From Acidithiobacillus ferrivorans (GTDB lineage: Bacteria; Pseudomonadota; Gammaproteobacteria; Acidithiobacillales; Acidithiobacillaceae), in NCBI GenBank assembly GCA_020723125.1, contig DYJM01000002.1, positions 1 through 60,015 of the forward strand: a stretch of 60,015 nucleotides of DNA, read 5' to 3'. The position numbers and the translations under genes were made by a program. The notes beneath the pieces are model-generated. The model was not told the origin of the DNA. It saw only the letters and a program-made list of their open reading frames with translations, and did not search any database. Numbering within the stretch: position 1 is the stretch's first letter; each line of letters starts with the position of its first letter. Of the stretch, positions 37,447 through 46,884 are shown piece by piece.

Positions 37447-38880
37447 CTAAAGCCGCCGACGCTGGCTCGCCGGCGGGATATTGGCGGCTTCCCGGTATTT
37501 GGCTACCGTCCGGCGGGCAATCTGAATGCCCTGATCGGCGAGAACCTTGGCAATTTCTGCATCACTCAGAGGATGTTTGGGATTTTCCGCCTGGGTCATT
37601 TTGATGAGCAGGGCGCGAATGGCCGTCGCTGATGCCGAGCCGCCACTGTCTGTTCCCACATGACTGGAAAAAAAGTACTTGAACTCGAAAAGACCTCGGG
37701 GAGTAACCATGTATTTCTGGTTGGTCACCCGGGAAACCGTGGATTCATGCATTTCCACGGTTTCAGCGATATGGCGCAGCACCATGGGGCGCATGGACTC
37801 CGGACCGTTGATAAAAAAATCCTTTTGCTTGTCCACAATTGCCCGAGCCACTTTCAAAATGGTTTCCTGACGACTTTGCAGGCTCTTGATAAACCAGCGT
37901 GCCTCATTGAGCTGATCCTGAATATATTTATGGGCGGCATCCTTGCCCCCGGCCATGCCCGCATAGCGGCGGTTGATGCGCAGCTTGGGCATGGCCTCAG
38001 GGTTCAGGTCCACCCGCAGGCGCTTTCCGGACCAGCGCACAATCACATCGGGAATGACGTACTCGGTATTTTCGCTTCCGACTTCTTCACCCGGTTTAGG
38101 GTTGAGGGCGGAAATGAGCGCCATGGCTGCTCCCAGCATGCCCTCATCAACCCCCAGACTGGTGCACAGCCGTGGATAATCATGGCGACCCAGGGCTTGC
38201 AAATGGTCTTTGACAACATCCATCGCCAACTTTTGCACGCTGGCGTCCACATCCGTCAACTGCCTGAGCTGCAACAAAAGACACTCACTCAGATCTCGCG
38301 CCGCCACACCGGGAGGGTCAAAGTCCTGAACGCGCAACAATACCGCCTGGAAAACGGCAGGATCAGCACCCATGGCAGCAGCCAGATCGTCTGTATTTTC
38401 AACCAGATAACCGCGATCATCAATGGCATCAATGATCATCTCCGCCATGTTGCGCTCCTCAGGACTGAAGTGCGTCATATCCGCCTGCCAGCGCAGATAG
38501 TCCTGAAGACTTTGACTGCAACTGTTGCGTGCTTCAAAGTCGGGAAGCTCATCATCAGAACCTCCGCCTGAGGCACTGGTGCCCAGATCAAACACGTCAT
38601 CCCATTGGCTGTCGATCGGCAAATCATCAGGCAAAGTATCTTCCGCAGCCAGATCCAGCTGGCGATCTTCAGAGGAGCTTTCACTGGGTTCGGGAGCGCT
38701 GCCAGGGACCCCGGTTTCTTCACCGGATACGTCCTCATCCAGAAGGGGATTGCTTTCCAGCATCCCCTGAACTTCCTGTTGCAGATCAACCGTCGATAAC
38801 TGCAGCAGGCGGATGGCTTGTTGCAGTTGCGGGGTCATGGCCAAATGCTGACCGAGTTTGAGTTCTAGACCTTGTTTCAT
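37447..38880 (-). CDS. rpoN: RNA polymerase sigma-54 factor
   Basis: MTPQLQQAIRLLQL, HESTVSR and the RpoN box ARRTVAKYRE. Confidence 0.98.
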   Translation of the reverse strand: MKQGLELKLGQHLAMTPQLQQAIRLLQLSTVDLQQEVQGMLESNPLLDEDVSGEETGVPGSAPEPSESSSEDRQLDLAAEDTLPDDLPIDSQWDDVFDLGTSASGGGSDDELPDFEARNSCSQSLQDYLRWQADMTHFSPEERNMAEMIIDAIDDRGYLVENTDDLAAAMGADPAVFQAVLLRVQDFDPPGVAARDLSECLLLQLRQLTDVDASVQKLAMDVVKDHLQALGRHDYPRLCTSLGVDEGMLGAAMALISALNPKPGEEVGSENTEYVIPDVIVRWSGKRLRVDLNPEAMPKLRINRRYAGMAGGKDAAHKYIQDQLNEARWFIKSLQSRQETILKVARAIVDKQKDFFINGPESMRPMVLRHIAETVEMHESTVSRVTNQKYMVTPRGLFEFKYFFSSHVGTDSGGSASATAIRALLIKMTQAENPKHPLSDAEIAKVLADQGIQIARRTVAKYREAANIPPASQRRRL

Positions 38881-38892
38881 TGCTTTCCAGAT

Positions 38893-39618
38893 TCAGATTC
38901 GAAACTGATCTCCCAGATATACCTGACGGACCATGGGATCATCCACGATTTCCTGTGGGCTCCCGGCCGTCAGCACCTTCCCATCATGCAATATATAGGC
39001 ACGTTCGCAAATGCCTAATGTTTCGCGCACATTATGGTCGGTAATCAGGATACCAATGCCGCGTTCACGCAAGTCCTGAATAAGACGTTGGATTTCCAAA
39101 ACAGAAATCGGGTCGATCCCCGCAAAAGGTTCATCCAGCAAAATGAAGCGCGGACTCATGGCCAAGGCGCGGGCAATTTCCACCCGGCGCCGCTCGCCGC
39201 CAGAAAGACTGTGCCCCTTGGTGTCGCGCAGCAGGCCCAAATGCAATTCGGCCAGGAGCTGATCCAGGCGATCCTGGCGCTCGGCTTTACTGAGCGGCAG
39301 GGTCTCCAGAACCGCGAGAATATTATCTGCCGCGCTCATTTGCCGAAATACCGATGGTTCCTGAGGCAGGTAACCCAATCCCATGCGCGCCCGTTCATGC
39401 ATGGGGAGTGCAGTGATATCGCGTTGCTGCAGAAAAATATGACCGCGATTCGGACGTATCAGTCCGACCATCATGTAAAAAGTGGTGGTTTTCCCAGCGC
39501 CATTGGGGCCGAGCAAGCCCACGACTTCCCCGGCGGCAACCTGAACAGAAACATCCCGGACAACCGTACGACGACGATAGGATTTGACCAGGGACTGGGC
39601 CTGGAGCAGATCGCTCAT
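38893..39618 (-). CDS. lptB: LPS export ABC ATPase
   Basis: [18 protein letters not shown] and [10 protein letters not shown]. Confidence 0.96.
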   Translation of the reverse strand: MSDLLQAQSLVKSYRRRTVVRDVSVQVAAGEVVGLLGPNGAGKTTTFYMMVGLIRPNRGHIFLQQRDITALPMHERARMGLGYLPQEPSVFRQMSAADNILAVLETLPLSKAERQDRLDQLLAELHLGLLRDTKGHSLSGGERRRVEIARALAMSPRFILLDEPFAGIDPISVLEIQRLIQDLRERGIGILITDHNVRETLGICERAYILHDGKVLTAGSPQEIVDDPMVRQVYLGDQFRI

Positions 39619-40145
39619 GGCCTCCCACCGCTGGCAGAGCGGTTTGCTGCTGCAGGATAAAACACGGAGTGGACGCGCTGTCCGGGGGCTGCCGTCACTG
39701 CCGTTTGCTGGTTATTCAAAAAGTAGGTTACCTGCTGGCCACTGATTTCATTTTTTTCCTGCCAGAGATGGGCGTTTCCCTGCAACACAATTTCCCCAGA
39801 ACCCGGTTTGTAAATCAGGGTATCTCCGTAGCCGTGGCGCTGGGCGCTGGACATGGTAAAACTGACGGGACTGCCGGTTGCCGTGGCCGTTTGTACTTTG
39901 CCCTGCTGGGCAGCTATGACGAGTTTGTTGGCATGAATGACCACATCACCCTGGGTCATAACGACATTGCCGAGATAAGTGGCCTGCTGGGAAGGCTTGT
40001 TTTCGGCATGCAGCGTATCTGCACTGATATGAATGGGTCCTTTGGCCAAGGTCTGCTGGGCCGCGGGAGCCGCCAGGGCCGCCAGGGAAACCATCACCAG
40101 CCCGACCGGCCAGTAACGCCCTATCGAGCCATGCTTAAGGCGCAT
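39615..40145 (-). CDS. lptA: LPS transport periplasmic protein
   Basis: Signal peptide, PIHISAD and GNVVMTQG; start 40145 or 40160. Confidence 0.88.
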   Translation of the reverse strand: MRLKHGSIGRYWPVGLVMVSLAALAAPAAQQTLAKGPIHISADTLHAENKPSQQATYLGNVVMTQGDVVIHANKLVIAAQQGKVQTATATGSPVSFTMSSAQRHGYGDTLIYKPGSGEIVLQGNAHLWQEKNEISGQQVTYFLNNQQTAVTAAPGQRVHSVFYPAAANRSASGGRP

Positions 40146-40689
40146 AAACACCACGTACATTCCGCAAAATATTGACCTCCTCGGTTTTGACCGACGCCCA
40201 AAGCCCCATTCCGGTCATCCAGTCCTGACCATGTTCCAGACGAACCGGATCCTGGGTGCTAATAATGCCCGTTTGCGGATTATAGTGCACCCTCTCGGTC
40301 AGAAAACGGGTATCTGGTTTCATTGTCCCGATGACATTCCCCCACAGGGTAATCAGGTGGCCGGATCCATCGACCTTGCCCCGATTGGCGCGCAGATTCA
40401 GTTCCTGGCCGGGTCGAAACCGTTTGACTGCGACGTCTTTGAGTATGGTCTGATCGCGATGCGGTTCGTGGTAGGCCGTATGCGCCGTGGCCAGTAAGTC
40501 CAGCTTCCCGGCGGCATCATACTGGCGCATGACAACATCTTCAGCGGCCTGATCGCCCTTATGAATTTGACCGTGCCAGTCAATTTGCGGGAGCGACAGG
40601 GGGCGCTGCGGCCATGACCACCAGACCAGTCCGGCAAGCAATACCAGCACTACAGAAAATCCCAGACTGGGAAGGCGCAAGCGCAGCAT
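40135..40689 (-). CDS. lptC: LPS export protein LptC
   Basis: Single TM segment plus beta-jellyroll pattern; position between kdsC and lptA. Confidence 0.82.
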   Translation of the reverse strand: MLRLRLPSLGFSVVLVLLAGLVWWSWPQRPLSLPQIDWHGQIHKGDQAAEDVVMRQYDAAGKLDLLATAHTAYHEPHRDQTILKDVAVKRFRPGQELNLRANRGKVDGSGHLITLWGNVIGTMKPDTRFLTERVHYNPQTGIISTQDPVRLEHGQDWMTGMGLWASVKTEEVNILRNVRGVYAP

Positions 40690-41240
40690 CAACAATGCCC
40701 CTTTTGATAAGCCTGGGCCAAAATGGCGGACCAGCAGCCTTTAGCCTGCAAAATCAGCTCACATAATTCCCGGACGGCCCCTCGGCCACCCTCATACTGG
40801 CTTTGCCAGTGAACCCGCTGGGTGAGTTCCGGATGGGCATCAGCCGGCGCAGTGGCCAGCCCGACGCACTGTAAAATGGGCAAATCAATGAGATCGTCAC
40901 CCATGTACGCGATCATGGCATCTTCGACATTCAGTTCCAGCTTCAGCTCACTGTAAGCCAGGTGTTTGTCCTTGCAGCCCTGAAAAAGATGCTTGATACC
41001 CAGGTCCCGGGCACGATGCGCCACTGCTGGAGAGAATCGTGCCGTAATAATGGCCAATTCCACGGCATGCGCCTGCAGCAGTTTGATCCCGTAACCATCG
41101 CGCACGTGAAAGGCTTTGCTTTCGGTGCCGGCATCATCAAAATACAGCCGTCCGTCGGTCATCACTCCATCCACGTCCAGGATCAGCAGCCGGATTTGCG
41201 CTGCACTTTCCATCAGGGCTTCCGCTGCCAAACGCTTCAT
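40689..41240 (-). CDS. kdsC: KDO 8-phosphate phosphatase
   Basis: LDVDGVMTDG, YMGDDLID and GGRGAVRE motifs. Confidence 0.94.
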   Translation of the reverse strand: MKRLAAEALMESAAQIRLLILDVDGVMTDGRLYFDDAGTESKAFHVRDGYGIKLLQAHAVELAIITARFSPAVAHRARDLGIKHLFQGCKDKHLAYSELKLELNVEDAMIAYMGDDLIDLPILQCVGLATAPADAHPELTQRVHWQSQYEGGRGAVRELCELILQAKGCWSAILAQAYQKGHC

Positions 41241-42220
41241 ACAATTCCGGCCCGAAGTAAATCATGCATATTCAAGGCGCCGACCAAGCGCTGATTGTCG
41301 TCCACAACCAGCAGCGCCCCCACCCGTTTGGCCTCCATCAGGGCCAAAGCCTCGGCCGCCAGTGCCTCAGCGCGGATGCTGAAGGGTTGGGCATGAGCCA
41401 GGGCAGACATGGATTGCTCCCAGAGATCCTGACGTTCGGCAAAAGCCCGCCGCAAATCGCCATCGGTGAAAATTCCCAACACCCGGTCTTCACCATCCAC
41501 CACGGCAGTCATCCCCAAGCCTTTGCTGCTCATTTCCAGAACCGCATCACGCAGCATGGTCTCCAGGAATACCTTTGGCAAAGCCTGGCCCTGGTGCATC
41601 ACATCCTGAACCCGGAGCAACAGTCGCTTGCCAAGGCTTCCACCGGGATGGGAAAGCGCGAAATCATCCGCCGAAAAACCGCGTGCCTGCAACAAGGCCA
41701 TGGCCAAGGCATCGCCCATGGCCAAAGCGGCGGTGGTAGAAGCAGTAGGCGCCAGATTCAAGGGACAGGCTTCGCGCTGCACACTGCAGTTCAGATGTAC
41801 AGCGGCACTGCGCGCCAAAGTCGATTGGGGATTGCCGGTCATGGCGATCAGTGGCACGGCCAGACGCTTGACCACCGGAAGAATGGCCAGCAATTCAGCC
41901 GTTTCACCCGAGTTGGAGAGCGCCAGGAGACAATCAGAGCGGGTCAGCATGCCCAGATCGCCATGACTGCCCTCCGCAGGGTGCAGGAATAAAGCCGGAC
42001 TGCCCGTACTGGCCAGGGTCGCGGCGATTTTTTTGCCGATGATGCCGGATTTGCCCATACCACTCACCACCACCCGGCCCGAACATTGGAGAAGTAACCC
42101 GCAAGCCTGGACAAAACTGTCGTCAAGACGTGCTTCCAACGCACTCACCGCTTCAGCCTCCAGACGCAAAACATCACGCCCGGTAGCCAACAGATTACCG
42201 GCATCCATGCTTACTGCCAT
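41237..42220 (-). CDS. kdsD: arabinose-5-phosphate isomerase (SIS + CBS domains)
   Basis: GMGKSG, HGDLG, APTASTT and HPGGSLG; start uncertain (42220 or 42208). Confidence 0.95.
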   Translation of the reverse strand: MAVSMDAGNLLATGRDVLRLEAEAVSALEARLDDSFVQACGLLLQCSGRVVVSGMGKSGIIGKKIAATLASTGSPALFLHPAEGSHGDLGMLTRSDCLLALSNSGETAELLAILPVVKRLAVPLIAMTGNPQSTLARSAAVHLNCSVQREACPLNLAPTASTTAALAMGDALAMALLQARGFSADDFALSHPGGSLGKRLLLRVQDVMHQGQALPKVFLETMLRDAVLEMSSKGLGMTAVVDGEDRVLGIFTDGDLRRAFAERQDLWEQSMSALAHAQPFSIRAEALAAEALALMEAKRVGALLVVDDNQRLVGALNMHDLLRAGIV

Positions 42221-42232
42221 TCTGACAAACAC

Positions 42233-42511
42233 TTAATCTGCACGATCACCGTCCTGTTCCTGAATGGCTTCATAGACTGCATGACAATGGGGATGAGCCG
42301 CCATGACCTTGTCAATATCCGCAAATGAAGTCTGGCGCAGCAAGGTCCAGCAACGAATATTTTCTGCAGCCAGACTTTTTGGATGATGCGCATACCAGTT
42401 GCTGCTGTCCTTGGGCATATTATCGACAAGCACCTGCCCCCGCGCCCACCACAACAGCAGGGCAAAAAGTGCCAGCGCACCAATAATGACCAACGTATAT
42501 ACAATTTTCAT
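42233..42511 (-). CDS. small membrane-anchored hypothetical protein (WYxxHP..C..PxC)
   Basis: N-terminal hydrophobic helix and two cysteines; fills the gap upstream of kdsD. Confidence 0.65.
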   Translation of the reverse strand: MKIVYTLVIIGALALFALLLWWARGQVLVDNMPKDSSNWYAHHPKSLAAENIRCWTLLRQTSFADIDKVMAAHPHCHAVYEAIQEQDGDRAD

Positions 42512-42538
42512 AAATTCTGCTGGAAGACCTGGGTCAAG

Positions 42539-42973
42539 TTAAACTTCTTCGTGATATTGCTGGTTCAACAATTGTACCAGTTTCCCTTCGCGCTCAGTAA
42601 TATCCGCCATCAGACGGTCGCTGAAATCCTGCCAGAATGATTGCAGACGGGCGAGATCTTCTCCTTCAGCAAACTGGCCCATCAATTCTCCGACCTTTTC
42701 AATGACTTCACGAAGTTGCAAACTGGTACTCAGGGCATTTTTAATTTGTTCGCGAGGATGGGGTATCCAGCTCCGGTCACTGACGTAAGAGCGCAAACGC
42801 TCACCATATTCCAGAACCCGTTTGCGCAGCTTGCCGCCCAGACCGATTTGCTGACTGCGCAAATCCCCCCAGACAGCGAGTTCCATCAAATCAACCCAGT
42901 CTTTCCGCCAGCGTTTTCGGAGTTCGGCGGACACGGATATCGCGTCCTGGACGGCTACCAGGTCAAATTCCAT
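42539..42973 (-). CDS. hypothetical alpha-helical protein
   Basis: 144-aa ORF overlapping the murU stop; no recognised motif. Confidence 0.65.
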   Translation of the reverse strand: MEFDLVAVQDAISVSAELRKRWRKDWVDLMELAVWGDLRSQQIGLGGKLRKRVLEYGERLRSYVSDRSWIPHPREQIKNALSTSLQLREVIEKVGELMGQFAEGEDLARLQSFWQDFSDRLMADITEREGKLVQLLNQQYHEEV

Positions 42974-43640
42974 CTTGCCCTACCCTGCATATTTCCTGCG
43001 CCACTTGCCATCGCTCCGGCGTACCTACATCGGTCCATATTCCCTGATACAGGGTCCCCTCCACCACACCCGCTGCAATCCACTGTCGCAACCAGGGTGC
43101 CAAGGGTGCCGACTGTTCCGGGTAGCCCCGCAACAGCGCCGGATCTATGCGGGCAATTCCTGCATAAGTATGACGTTCTTCGCCCTGCAACGCCACCATC
43201 CCCGCATTCAGGGCAAAGTCTCCGGCGGGATGATGGGGGGGATTGGGCACTAGAACCAGATGCACCGCAGCCGGTGATACCTGGAGCAGGACATTCCAGG
43301 GAAAATCCGTACAAATATCGCCATTGACCAGCAAAAAAGGGGTATTTCCCAGTTGTGGCAAGGCCCGGATCAAAGCGCCGCCCGTCTCCAGGCGTCCCGA
43401 CCTTTCGTCACTGTAGATAATGCGCACTCCCTGCCAGTTGTAACCCAGTTTTTCCACAATCAGGTCGCCGAGATGACCGATATTGATGACGACCTCGCGG
43501 ATGCCCGCAGCGGCCAGGGATTCCAGATGCCGCACGATGAGCGGTTTTCCCCCGACTTCCAGCAAGGGCTTGGGAAGATGGTCCGTGTAGGGGCGCAAGC
43601 GTTCGCCCCGCCCGGCTGCAAGAATCATCGCCCGGGTCAT
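42963..43640 (-). CDS. murU: N-acetylmuramate alpha-1-phosphate uridylyltransferase
   Basis: AMILAAGRGERLRP, LETGG, VNGDI and WTDVGTPER; coupled to amgK. Confidence 0.88.
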   Translation of the reverse strand: MTRAMILAAGRGERLRPYTDHLPKPLLEVGGKPLIVRHLESLAAAGIREVVINIGHLGDLIVEKLGYNWQGVRIIYSDERSGRLETGGALIRALPQLGNTPFLLVNGDICTDFPWNVLLQVSPAAVHLVLVPNPPHHPAGDFALNAGMVALQGEERHTYAGIARIDPALLRGYPEQSAPLAPWLRQWIAAGVVEGTLYQGIWTDVGTPERWQVAQEICRVGQDGI

Positions 43641-44659
43641 CGCGCCAGCCAGTCCGAGAACTGCGGAAAATAACTGGACAGTTGAGCATCTTCAGCTAAT
43701 GCATCCAGTACATATTTGCGAAATTGCGGCAGTAAATCCAGATAACCCGACTTGCCATCGCGATAGGCCAAGCGGCAAAAAATTCCCAGAATCTTGATGT
43801 TGCGTTGCAATGCCATCCATTCGACACTGCGCACAAAGGACGCCTGCGGCAATGCCGCCCTGCCAGTTTTGCTGAGTCGGCCCTGAAAATCCAGAATCCA
43901 TTGGTGCCGGCGGGCCGAGCCCCAATCCCAGTAACGATCCCAAAGCAAGGAGGCCAGATCATAGGTCCAGGGCCCGGTCACCGCGTCCTGAAAATCAATC
44001 AGTACCAAGCGCCGGGGATCGGTCTGCAGCATGAGATTGCGGGCGTGGAAATCCCGATGGACCCAGACCTGAGGCTGATTGAGGGCATTATCCTCCAGCA
44101 ATGCAAAAAGCTTTTGCAGGTTCTGCTGCGCTTCCTCATCCAGCGTCACCCCCAGATGCCTGAGCAAATACCAGTCATGAAACAAAGCCAGCTCTTCGCC
44201 CAGACGTTGCCTTGAAAAAAACGGTAGACGAGGTCGCGCATCATCCTTTCTGCCCGCGCTTTGCAGGGCAATAATGAGGTCCAGCGCCTGCTGCATCCAG
44301 AACTCCGTTTCCGCGCCTGTATCCAGAATGGCCTTGAGATCCATGGTTCCCAGATCTTCAAGGAGCACAAAACCCGGCTGCAACTGCGCTGCCAGAATCT
44401 TTGGCACGGGCAGTCCAGCACTTTGCCAGCGCTGCTGAACCCGTAGAAAGGGCAAAATATCCTCAGGTGGTGGCGCATCCATAAACAGCCGCTGGTCCGG
44501 CAAACGCCAGTAATGCCGACCACTGGCATCACCGGGAATGGCCTGGGACTGTCCAGCATCAACGCCCCTGGCCTGCAGCCAGGCTGCTGCATCTGGCGAT
44601 ATTTGTCCGGCCGAAACAGCGGGCGTCAAAATTTTTCTGGCGTTTAGAGATTGCGACAT
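43637..44659 (-). CDS. amgK: anomeric MurNAc/GlcNAc kinase (phosphotransferase family)
   Basis: GDASGRHYWR, MDAPP, HRDFHARNLM and IDFQDA; divergent from lptD. Confidence 0.88.
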   Translation of the reverse strand: MSQSLNARKILTPAVSAGQISPDAAAWLQARGVDAGQSQAIPGDASGRHYWRLPDQRLFMDAPPPEDILPFLRVQQRWQSAGLPVPKILAAQLQPGFVLLEDLGTMDLKAILDTGAETEFWMQQALDLIIALQSAGRKDDARPRLPFFSRQRLGEELALFHDWYLLRHLGVTLDEEAQQNLQKLFALLEDNALNQPQVWVHRDFHARNLMLQTDPRRLVLIDFQDAVTGPWTYDLASLLWDRYWDWGSARRHQWILDFQGRLSKTGRAALPQASFVRSVEWMALQRNIKILGIFCRLAYRDGKSGYLDLLPQFRKYVLDALAEDAQLSSYFPQFSDWLAR

Positions 44660-44688
44660 AAAAGCATTTTGTGCGATTTTAGGCGCCT

Positions 44689-46884
44689 ATGAAAAGCCCT
44701 CTTCAGCAGGTTCGCAAATTTCGACACGGAAAATCCCTTCCGTCCGGACACGTTGCTTCTCCACGTCGCCGCATTTGCCTGGCCCTGCTGGCAGCATTGC
44801 TATGCCCCGGCCTCGCCTGGGCTACGACCGTGGAAAAGCCGGTGACCCTGTATGCCGATCAAGTCAACGGAATGGGCAGCGGGCACTGGACGGCCAAGGG
44901 TAATGTCGAAGTGCTTTATGGAGATCGGCGGGTTTACGCCGATACGGTGCATTACGACCAGGCCAAGGATGAAATTCTGGCTGATGGCCACGTGCGGATG
45001 GTGAGCCCCGGCCTGGTCACAGCAGCCCCCCAGGCCACCATACATCTCAAGGCCAACGAGGGGATAGTCGTACACCCCCGTTATCTGCTCGAAGCCGAGC
45101 AGGGACATGGTCATGCCGAAAGTGGTCGCGAGTTAAGCAAGGGTCACTATCAGCTCAATGAGGCTTGCTACACGACCTGCCACGGCAAGGTACCCGCCTG
45201 GCAACTGTGGAGCAGTCAGATCGACCTCAACCAGAATGACAACTATGTGACGACTGAAAATACTACCCTGAATGTATCCGGCCTTCCGGTATTCTGGATG
45301 CCCTATTTCAGTTTTCCGCTCAAGCGCCACTCCGGTTTTCTGGCTCCCGGCCTGGGTAGTTCCACCGTCAACGGCTTTTATCTGGGCATACCCTATTATT
45401 TCGACATTGCTCGCAACCTGGACGACACCTTTACCCTGAATTACTTCACCCGGCGTGGTGTCATGCTGCAAAACGAATTTCGTTATCTCGAACCGAACTA
45501 CAGCGGCAAACTTTTTCTGGATCTGTTGCCCTCAGACCGACTGACTCATAAAAATGTCTGGGCACTGTCCTGGCAGCACAACCAGAATCTCGGCGACGGC
45601 TTCAGTTTCAACGTCAATTACAATCGCGTCAGTTACAAAAATTTTCTTTCCGATTTCGGCAGCACTGCAGGTTTCGGCAGCAGTTTTATCGGCGGTATTG
45701 GTAACGCCCCTTACATTACTTCTACCGGCGGCATTTATTACAACAATGCCCACATCAGTGCCGGTGCCGAATTACAGGGTTACCAGGAACTCGCGCCAAA
45801 CAGCAGCGCACCTTATGCCCAGTTGCCACGCATTTATGCGGATGGCTACTGGCGGGTGGGACGCAGCGGCTACTTCAATTGGCATAGCAGCTTCAATTAT
45901 TTTTCGGCATCCACCGGTCCCATTGGTCAGCGCCTGGATTTGACCCCCACTCTGGGATGGCGCTTCAGCCGGGGTTGGGGTTTCCTCGAACCCCAGGCCC
46001 GTCTCTACTACAGCCATTATCAAATTCAACGCAATTTCCCTTATGCACGCGCCATCAACCGCACCCTCCCCGCCCTGAGCCTGAAGGGTGGGCTGAATTT
46101 TGTCCGCTACGGCAGCAATGGCAGCACGGCACTCCTGCAACCGATTTTCAAATATACCTTTATTCCCTTGCAGGCCCAGAATGACATTCCCAATTTTGAC
46201 GCCAGCGCGCCTTATCTGGATTTTCCCAGCATTTTTAGCGACAACGTACTGTATACCGGCAGTGACCGGATAAATGCTGCCAATCAAATTGCCTATGGGC
46301 TCCGTGGTACCTGGCTGACCCCTACGGGTCGTCAGCTCTGGGAAGCAGCCGTCGGGCAAATTCGCTATTTCAATCACGAACAAATCAATCTGGATGGTGA
46401 TATTGTTCCGCAGACCACACAGTCCAATTATTTTTTCGAGGGACAATACGCCCCCCTTGCCGACATGAACCTGCTCGCCAGCACCCAGATCAACCCGCAG
46501 CATGGTCAGCTCGACCGTCTCAATCTGCGCGCCCAGTGGTTGCCGGGACCGCAGCGGGTGATCAACCTCGATTACCGCTTTACCCGGGATTTCGTCAACC
46601 AAACCGGCGTTTCCGGCGCCTGGTCGGTATTCCGCAACTGGCAGTTACTGGGGAGCTATCAGTATGATGTTACCGACAGCAAGCCTCTGGAGGAGCTGGT
46701 GGGGATCGGCTATGATGGCGGCTGCTGGGCAGCGCACATGATGGTATATCATCAGATTCTGCTTGGCGGGCAGTCCAATAATGCTGTTTATTTCGAGATC
46801 GTGTTGCGCGGCCTGACCAGCCTGGGCAATGCCTCAACCGGTTTGCTCAGCCAGTATGTGCCGGGCGCCAGTATGGAGTTTTGA
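44689..46884 (+). CDS. lptD: LPS-assembly outer-membrane protein
   Basis: YTTC, PVFWMPY, SGFLAP, PYYFDIA and DRINAANQ motifs. Confidence 0.94.
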   Translation: MKSPLQQVRKFRHGKSLPSGHVASPRRRICLALLAALLCPGLAWATTVEKPVTLYADQVNGMGSGHWTAKGNVEVLYGDRRVYADTVHYDQAKDEILADGHVRMVSPGLVTAAPQATIHLKANEGIVVHPRYLLEAEQGHGHAESGRELSKGHYQLNEACYTTCHGKVPAWQLWSSQIDLNQNDNYVTTENTTLNVSGLPVFWMPYFSFPLKRHSGFLAPGLGSSTVNGFYLGIPYYFDIARNLDDTFTLNYFTRRGVMLQNEFRYLEPNYSGKLFLDLLPSDRLTHKNVWALSWQHNQNLGDGFSFNVNYNRVSYKNFLSDFGSTAGFGSSFIGGIGNAPYITSTGGIYYNNAHISAGAELQGYQELAPNSSAPYAQLPRIYADGYWRVGRSGYFNWHSSFNYFSASTGPIGQRLDLTPTLGWRFSRGWGFLEPQARLYYSHYQIQRNFPYARAINRTLPALSLKGGLNFVRYGSNGSTALLQPIFKYTFIPLQAQNDIPNFDASAPYLDFPSIFSDNVLYTGSDRINAANQIAYGLRGTWLTPTGRQLWEAAVGQIRYFNHEQINLDGDIVPQTTQSNYFFEGQYAPLADMNLLASTQINPQHGQLDRLNLRAQWLPGPQRVINLDYRFTRDFVNQTGVSGAWSVFRNWQLLGSYQYDVTDSKPLEELVGIGYDGGCWAAHMMVYHQILLGGQSNNAVYFEIVLRGLTSLGNASTGLLSQYVPGASMEF

